This document shows positions 55,631-64,000 of a stretch of 64,000 nucleotides of DNA, in pieces. The notes beneath the pieces were generated by a model. That model was not told where the DNA came from and did not search any database. It worked only from the letters and a program-made list of their open reading frames with translations. Position 1 is the stretch's first letter. Every line of letters begins with the position of its first letter. Source of the stretch: Eledone cirrhosa (lineage: Eukaryota); contig OZ024753.1 in the NCBI GenBank assembly GCA_964016885.1, positions 33,356,001 through 33,420,000 on the forward strand. The letters are read 5' to 3'. Made by a program: the position numbers and the translations under genes.

Positions 55631-56999
55631 CTGTATAATAATAATATTTTTTATAGCATTGGCTCAATACCCTTGGGGGAAAGCGAAAGTCGATTATATT
55701 GACCCCAGTACATAGCTGGAACTTTATTTTATCAATCCCGAAAGGATGAATGAAATGCAAAGTTGACCTTGACATGATTTGAACTCATAACTAAATGCAA
55801 TAAAGTATTTTGTCTGATACTCTTCTGATATTGCTAACTCACTATCCTTTATAATAATGATGATTTAGTGATATCTAAGGCCAAGTGTTGTGGTATGTTA
55901 ACAATTAACATCTTATCTAAGAAAACAGTCCATCATCATCACAGTTTACCAGACTTTCTAGGTTGTAAAGTGTTGAGGGTGCAAGGGTTCAGCAAGGAAG
56001 GTGAATCAGTCAAGATTCCTCTTTGGTTTCCATGCTAGCATCAGTTGGGCAAAGAAGTCAAGAGTATATTAGCTGATGAGGACCTGAGATTTTTTCCATC
56101 TCTATGCTTCTTTGGATTTAGGGTGGAGAAAGGGATCATATTTCATTGGTGGTCCTCTATAAGCTATAGTTTGTTAAATAGACACCAGCATTCCATTGGT
56201 GGTCCTGCATAAGCTATAGTTGCTTAAATAGACACCAGTATTTCATATGTGGTCCTACATAGACTATAACTGGGAAAAGTCAGATGATTAAGGAGTTATA
56301 ATCAGAATCCCGTTAATCATAGATCTGCTCAACAAGTATGACCTCAACTAAACACTCTGATAAGTCATAGTCCATAATTTTATTTCACACACCCACTTGA
56401 CCCATGAGGTGTGTGTGTGTGGGGGTGATAGCTTTCACAGAACCCACATTGTTGTAAATATTTCAACCAGGTTTCCATGACACGGAGCTAACTTTTCTTC
56501 CCCTAGATACATAGGCCCTTCCTCCTTTTGTTAAATCAACAGCAACAAACACATTTCCATTTATGGTAATATTAATTCGCTTACATTTACTGACGTCATG
56601 CATTGCCGTTAATTATTAATTTACCATCAATTTCAAGTACTCTGTCTATTACTATCACAAATCAATAATATTAATAATTTCTCTATTACCATAAGGGACC
56701 TTCAGGCTCTCATTAAATCTGAAGTGTAAACTTTACTGTTAATAAACGCGTGTGTGGTTCAAGGGGAATAACTCTTCAGAACGTCCAGTGTTTCTATCCT
56801 AATAGATTTACTACATTAAGTAGATTGCTTAATCGTCGAACTGAAGTTTGTAAAAATACCAGATCATTAAAATGTGGACAGATGGCCTTGCGGTGTTTCA
56901 TTCAATGTCACAGATGTGAGATCAAATCCTACTGAATTCAAATGTGCGTTTCATCGTCACAGTTTCGGCAAATAAAATGTCAATCAAATACAGAATAAT

Positions 57000-57208
57000 G
57001 ATTTCTAGTATAGGCACAAGGCCAGTAATTTGGGGGGAGGGGAAAAATGATTAAATCGACATCAGTGCATTACTGGTACTTTATTTTATCGAACCCCCGT
57101 ACGGATGAAAGGCAAAATTAACCTCGGTAGGATTTGAACTCAGAACGTAACTCTATGCCGCTAAGCAAGGTGTCCAACGCTCTATCGATTCTGCCAATCC
57201 ACCGCCCT
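57000..57208 (-). mobile_element. SINE family A, long-tail variant
   Basis: Head and core match the consensus; carries a GGGGGGAGGGGAAA tail insert like the copies at 53490 and 51220. Confidence 0.8.
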
Positions 57209-57308
57209 CAATCAAATACATAATGTAAACAGATTGAGTGATACAGGCCTGAACACCTGAGGTGGTGATAAAATGCATCATGTTCTCTTTTTCTCTCACA
57301 CATATATC

Positions 57309-57997
57309 AGAGAGAGAGAGAGAGAGAGACGAGAGAGAGAGAGACGAGAGAGAGAGAGACGAGAGAGAGAGAGACGAGAGAGAGAGAGACGAGAGAGAGA
57401 GAGACGAGAGAGAGAGAGACGAGAGAGAGAGACGAGAGACGAGAGAGAGAGACGAGAGACGAGAGAGAGAGACGAGAGAGAGAGACGAGAAACGAGAGAG
57501 ACGAGAAACGAGAGAGACGAGAGAGAGAGAGACGAGAGAGAGAGAGACGAGAGAGAGAGACGAGAGAGAGAGAGAGAGACGAGAGAGAGAGACGAGAGAC
57601 GAGAGAGAGACGAGAGAGAGACGAGAGACGAGAGAGAGAGAGACGAGAGAGAGAGAGACGAGAGAGAGAGACGAGAGAGACGAGAGAGAGAGAGACGAGA
57701 GAGAGAGACGAGAGAGAGAGAGAGAGAGAGAGACGAGACGAGAGAGAGAGACGAGACGAGACGAGAGACGAGACGAGAGAGAGAGAGAGACGAGAGAGAG
57801 AGAGAGAGACGAGACGAGACGAGACGAGAGAGAGAGAGAGACGAGACGAGACGAGACGAGAGACGAGACGAGAGAGAGAGAGAGAGAGAGACGAGAGAGA
57901 GAGAGAGAGAGAGACGAGAGAGAGAGAGAGAGAGAGACGAGACGAGAGTGAAAGAGAGAGACGAGACGAGAGTGTGAGCGAGAGACGAGACGAGAGA
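57309..57997. repeat. (GA)n/GAGAC compound microsatellite
   Basis: Directly visible. Confidence 0.95.
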
Positions 57998-60599
57998 ACT
58001 TTATGGATTTTGTTATAATTACTATTTATAATACAAGTAAAACTGCGTTTGCTTTATGCCTTGTTTTGCTAAATGTAAGTATTATTTGTTCCGTGTCTGT
58101 TAAAGTGTTTATAATCAGTAACCACCACATAGATCGATAGTGTACATTTACACACACATGTACACCAGGTCCGACCTCCCACTGTCATCTCTCTCACTAT
58201 TATGAGCAAAGTATTATTATACCTTGATAATACTGTTATGGTTGAGGTTTTGTTTTTATGATGCACGCGAAATATGACCAAAAAGAAATGCAACAAAACC
58301 ATCTTCTGTTGTATATTTATATTACTCTTCGCTACTCTGTATCAATTTCAATTGGAAATAAGCCGGTAATTAACAACAGACAAATTTAATTTATTTCATA
58401 TTAATTACTATTTAAAACTTGCATTCCTTTCAATAAAACTATACACCAAGGTAAACATTAATGCAAGGGTAATAACTCTAAACGACAAAAGCAAAGCATT
58501 TAGAGTGACTTCCCTTGAAATTTAAGTAAACGCATGTAGAGTTAGCCGCCATGTTGAATGTTTACTAAGACAAGAGAATCGTTGTCGTCGTATTTATTGT
58601 TTTCGTTGTTTTGTTATTTCGAGACACAAGGCAACCCTTATCACCCGAACGTTATGTGTGTGTATGTATGTTTCTGATTATTAACAGCAGAGCTATGTTT
58701 TACGAGGCTTTTACGTTGCAGAAGTTAGATAATCAATGATAACTACATTATGAAATCCCATCACTCCGTTTTTTTTTCTCTCTCAAATAATAAATTATTA
58801 TTTCAACAAATTCTAAGAAACAGGTAACTTTTTACTAATGTTATTGCCGTCTGTCATGCTGAGATCACATACGTACTTCTAATATAGATTTCAGCTCGGA
58901 GTTACGACACCCAGGCCAACCAACAATAGCAATGTTGTCAACTCTGAGTAATCATGTCTCAGTGATTGCTGTTGTCCTTTATTACTATGTCAGTTCTGAT
59001 CATGTAGGCATTTGATGAAAGGCGTTCCAGTCGTGGATATTCTTGCTTTCAAACATAGTATACCTAGGCCAACTTCATACAATTTATTTTGTTTAAAATT
59101 AAACATTTGAAGTCTTTGGGTGCGATAAAGTATATTATTTCCCTTTAATTCTTTTTCACCAGAGTTATTCCCCCACCAAAAAATGATTATCGATCACACA
59201 ATAAGCTATATCTTTTTTCTTTTTGTTCATATCAAAATACACCATTGGGTGAGGATGGAGATGGTTGCATATGTACAGTACATATTAGTGTGGTGTCAAT
59301 GACTAGTTTGGAAATATCGGTCCCTCTTTAAACAAATGGATTGCATTTAATCCAATGATGTAATCCCTATATTGTCAGTTGGTTTGTAAGAAATGCCAGA
59401 TAAATTCTCTCAAATGATACACACATCCTATTATCATTATCATTATCTTCATCCCGATTTGTAACAAAAGACATATTAGACAATGTGGCCCTGAATAAAT
59501 TATAAAAAGATATGGTTGATCACTGTTGGAAAAACTTTTATCATAGGTGTGCTGCATAATAATGACTTGGGGCTAAACAACAACAAGAATGACATTCTTC
59601 ATTTGTTCTTTCCTGCTTCTCTTCACATAGTCTCAGAAATAGAGAGGTAGAGGGAGTCTGCAAATAGAGAGGGGTGAAGAGAGAGAACCTGCAAGAGCGA
59701 GAAAGAGATTGAAAAGTTTAGAGGGATGTGTGTATGTGTGTTTATATATATATACGTGTACTGTATATATATATGTGTGTGTGTGTATATATATAAGAAA
59801 TAAAGCTGTTTAATTTGATTCAAATCTATCTCTTCAGGTGTGTGGCTATATGTGAGTGACAGGTGTGTGAGGGATGGGATTGGTACAATAGCATTAGATG
59901 TAAAGAGTTCAGTCTTTATCATGAGTATTATTTCTTTAGCAAACAATATGTTTATGGTCTGCTTGGAGCAGAGAATCTTATATATAAATACAATGTTATA
60001 ACAAACCCCTTCACCATGGCATACATAGACCTCATGGTCTGTGAAATCAAAACGAAATTCTACCAGCAACAACAACTCAGCTTTCAAAACCCAGCCAAAA
60101 AAAAAAAAAAATGGCCCGACATTCTTGAGTTATATGTGGGACCTACATGAAATAAATTACTCCTTTGAAGTCGCAATGCGATATCCTGACCCAGGTCAAA
60201 CTGTACACTACTCACCCTGAAAAACCAAACCTGTTACAGCATGCTAATACAGGAGATTTAAATAAAATGTTCAACCTCATACCTGTACACGACCATGGAG
60301 AATATGACTATCTGCTACTGTTACACGACTAATCTCCAAACACTTCAAAACCTATCGTGCACACACAACACACCAATCACATGCCCAACACCATGAATGA
60401 TACCTGTGTGAAGGGAACCTATACAAATATCAAAATGCTCAGATACCCAAGCGAGACCAACTGAGCTTATGGATGTTATCCAACTATACTGCTTTTGTCT
60501 GCCTCTTGGTCTCCTGTCAGTTGGCTTTGCTCATAAAATCTGTCCTGCGATTCTTTCTTTAGATATTCTAACAACATATTTGCAATACTGGAATTATGA

Positions 60600-61050
60600 T
60601 CTCTCAATGTGGAGAATTAGTAGCTTTATCTGGAGTATTTCCTGATCTCAGAGCTATGAGTAATGTTACTCCAAAGACCATTTGGAGGAACCCTGTTTTA
60701 GATGCTTGCATTTACGATCATATTATTTTAGTCGTTACTCAAGATTCCTAGCTGTAGTTAAGGATAGGGATAAATACAGAATTGGCCTTTATATCTACCT
60801 GTATTCTTTTGATGACCAAATGGTGGAGCTGTCATGGGTGATATCAAAACTGGCAGGTATAAGATTAGTTGACTGATATTTGCAGATAACATGGTGCTAC
60901 TTGACTTATTGGAAGTTGATCTCCGACATGCAATAGATAGGTTTGCTGCAAGACTGGAATGGAAATCTGCTGTGAAGACAGACATTTGTTCTCTCTGCAG
61001 TGTGATTTGTATTTGAGTGGAGTTACACTGAAGCAAGTGGAGATGTTCAA
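60600..61050 (+). pseudogene. highly decayed LINE RT remnant
   Basis: LIFADNMVLL...DLRHAIDRFAA resembles the RT FADD region of RTE elements. Confidence 0.4.
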
Positions 61051-61600
61051 GCATTTATATATTTATATCTATTTACCACCTGTTAACCCAGCACTTACTG
61101 TAACGTGGTTGGTGTTAGGATGACATACATCTGTAGAAACTATGCCCAAAAGGATTAAAAAGAGCCTCCAATTAAACTATTGCTAATGCCAGGAAAATGC
61201 ACTAGTCGCGAACGAATACCACCAAAATTACCCATTAATACTGTCTTACATTTGTATCTCTCTGCTTGTACAATAAATTATATCAAGCAGGTCTAGTGGG
61301 AATCAGGTATAAGCAGCATCTCGGTGTGTTAGATATTTAACACATTCTCATGATGAATGAAATTACTAAGGACAGGTATTTTTTGCATTGTATTCTCCTT
61401 TTGTATGATTATGTGTTTGTACAAACATAAATATATGAGCTGCAATACATTACGTTGCTTAAGAAAGAAATGACTCAGTCTGTGGACAATGAAAAGAATA
61501 ACAGTAATATGATTTAAATCATGATTTATATATTTTGTAACAGAAATACACTTCAAAAACATCTAAAAAGTATATATATATGTGTGTGTGTGTATGTATG

Positions 61601-61635
<35 letters not shown>

Positions 61636-61648
61636 GTATATCATTATC

Positions 61649-62162
61649 GTTATACTTTGGGAGGGTCATGTTGCCAATAAGAAACACACGCACCAGTTGC
61701 TTTCACTTCAATTTATTATATATTTATAAATTTATAAATTTACAAATTTACAAACCCATAAATTTCTGGTTGGTTGGTTGGTTCCACAACCAGATAGTTG
61801 TTTATATATATAGTCATAGTCCTCCCGTCACACACTCTGTGACCTCCTCAGTGACTGGGGATTCCTTTCTTCGTTTCTGTGCCCCTCCCTTCTTCTATCT
61901 CACGCCATTTTGTTTCAGAAGAAGGGAGGGGCACAGAAACGAAGAAAGGAATCCCCAGTCACTGAGGAGGTCACAGAGTGTGTGACGGGAGGACTATGAC
62001 TATATATAAACAACTATCTGGTTGTGGAACTAACCAACCAACCAGAAATTTATGGGTTTGTAAATTTGTAAATTTATAAATTTATAAATATATAATAAAT
62101 TGAAGTGAAAGCAACTGGTGCGTGTGTTTCTTATTGGCAACATGACCCTCCCAAAGTATAAC
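61649..62162. repeat. near-perfect long inverted repeat (arms about 247 bp, 20-nt loop)
   Basis: 61649-61896 is the reverse complement of 61917-62162, apart from about one mismatch and one TA indel. Confidence 0.95.
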
Positions 62163-62710
62163 AATATCGGTTTCAACACACGATTTCAGATAAAGAATCT
62201 TGCTAAACAAATTCAGAAACGAAATATATCATTATCATTTAACATCTAATGTTCTATGCTTGTATGTGTTAGAAACACTTCATTTTTGAATTTGTTTCGC
62301 AAGATTCTTATCTGAAAATGTATGTTGAAACAGATATTGTTCTACTTTGGGAGAGTCATACTACCAATAACAACAAAATAGCCATTCGATTATTAAACTA
62401 ACTGGCAGGGTGTTTATAATAAATTGAAGTGAAAATCCAACAGATGTGTGTTTTTATAGGCAGCATGGCCCTCAAAGTATAATATATATATATACATACA
62501 TACAAACGTTCCATAGCTAAGGGGCTTTTGGGGAAACTTGTTGAATAATCTAACAGTTTTGTTAGTTATTGACTCTAAATATGTTAATATAATCATGTTT
62601 TTAATTTCTTTCTTAGTCTTGTAATGGTGGTGAAAAAGCGCGAGTTAATAATAATATACATGAACAGTATATATAGTTAAGCTTCTTCAATCTGAAACTG
62701 CTAAGACAGG

Positions 62711-62763
<53 letters not shown>

Positions 62764-62766
<3 letters not shown>

Positions 62767-62960
62767 GAAGGAGTTGTGGTAAGGAATCAGATGGACCATA
62801 ACGCACCAAAGTACTCAATACTTAGGGTAGTAGAGTGGGTAATAGGAAAATGTATGACCTCGACGGCAGAGCTCAAGCCGTTTCGACGGCTATTTCTGGA
62901 TATAGTCCAGAAATAGCCGTTGAAACGGCTTGAGCTCTGCTGTCAGGGTCATACATTTTC
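62764..62960 (-). mobile_element. fold-back element family 3 with 3' half of a hammerhead
   Basis: Inverted homologue of 25167-25345; the minus strand has GCCGTC-GAAA-CGGCTTGAGCTCTGCCG-TC-GAGGTC. Confidence 0.75.
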
Positions 62961-62974
62961 ACATATACAGGGAT

Positions 62975-63256
62975 GTATCATGAGATGATATTTGCGTTCT
63001 CATCAGATAAAATAGGGAGACATATGAAGCTTAAAAAACACTTGCGAGCAGTGAAGTGTTAAATCAACATCTGATGAGAACGCAAATATCATCCCATGAT
63101 GATATTTGTTTTTGAAATGCGCATAATAAAATACATGGAACTCTTTTAACCATCTTTTGGTTTTATATTATTTATACTCCAGTCCTATAAACTGTTGAGT
63201 TCTACTTATCCGATATGTGCATTGCTTTATTGTGCTACAATAAAACTCACCTCTAC
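62975..63256 (+). mobile_element. hammerhead-bearing fold-back element, family 1
   Basis: Same sequence as the copies at 17366 and 44676, with a partial inverted arm at 62975-63070. Confidence 0.8.
63069..63133 (+). ncRNA. hammerhead core, family 1 (5' strand of stem I cut to 2 nt)
   Basis: AT-CTGATGA-GAACGCAAATATCATCCCATGATGATATTTGTTTTT-GAAA-TGCGCA-TA-ATAAAATA. Confidence 0.75.
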
Positions 63257-63267
63257 ATATATATGTC

Positions 63268-63370
63268 TGTGTGTGTGTGTGTGTGTGGTGTGTGTGTGTG
63301 TGTGTGGTGTGTGTGTGTGTGGTGTGTGTGTGTGTGTGTGGTGGTGTGTGTGTGTGTGTGTGTGTGTGTG
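63268..63370. repeat. (TG)n microsatellite
   Basis: Directly visible. Confidence 0.95.
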
Positions 63371-64000
63371 ACAGAGAGAGTAAACGTTTGTTTAAATAAT
63401 TAAATAAATAAAACATTCATTGAACGTAAATGGAGAATGAATTTATGAACATCCTCAGGGCAAGGGGGATAATTTTAGATTAATGGCTCCTTCAATAAAT
63501 GTAACACAAAAGAATGCTATAATCATTAAATATCAATTTGCATAATCAAATACTACACGAAAGACGAAATTAATAGCGCCATTAATTTTCTTTTAAAAAA
63601 ACTGATTATTATAAAGTTAGTTATTTAGAAATGTTTAATGTCAAATTTCAAATAAATCAAAGTTTAGAGGTGAATTGATCCATTATTTTATGATCGTTTC
63701 AAAGGGAAAAATAAAGATATTATCAATATTTTGACTAATCAATAGCAGTTATGCAACTCCATGGTATCAGCTTTGATAAAATACATTAATTCTGCAATGG
63801 GAGTTATAAATCATACCTGAAGTGTGTAGAATATTAATGTGTGTGTGTGTGTGTGTGTAGGCATAAGAGGGATCAGATGCAGTGTGCAGGAAAGGAGACT
63901 GCAATGGACATGTGATGCATATGAAAAGGTGCAGGGCACTCAAAGTCGATGGAAGTTACTGAATAAGAAGACCTAGGAAGGCTTGGGAAAAGTGATAAAA

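Noticed and set aside
57262-57977. R/E/D-rich ORFs
   Set aside because: They are translations of the GA/GAGAC microsatellite.

Overview
AT-rich, repeat-dominated eukaryotic DNA. The repeat families resemble those of coleoid cephalopods such as Octopus (inferred from the repeats only). I found no host protein-coding gene, and most long ORFs in the track are artefacts of (TA)n, (GA)n and (TG)n tracts. The window holds RTE-group LINE copies (the longest about 2.5 kb, with a PHD finger inside the RT), remnants of R4/Dong, CR1/L2 and Penelope RT, many tRNA-derived SINEs, TTAA/CCC-ended MITEs, a ~1 kb non-autonomous Helitron, a ~5 kb 71-bp satellite born from a SINE core, and ~6.5 kb of TA-derived arrays. 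The main finding is a set of short non-coding elements, mostly inserted into (TA)n and often arranged as long fold-back palindromes. They carry type I hammerhead ribozyme motifs (about 12 intact or degenerate copies from several families), most with short palindromic stem III. Several families also share a second covarying hairpin (ACUC-NNN-loop-N'N'N'-UN-GAGU-RCU) 25-60 nt downstream of the cleavage site. They are best read as Penelope pLTR-derived or retrozyme-like elements. All calls were made by eye, and boundaries of degenerate repeats are approximate.
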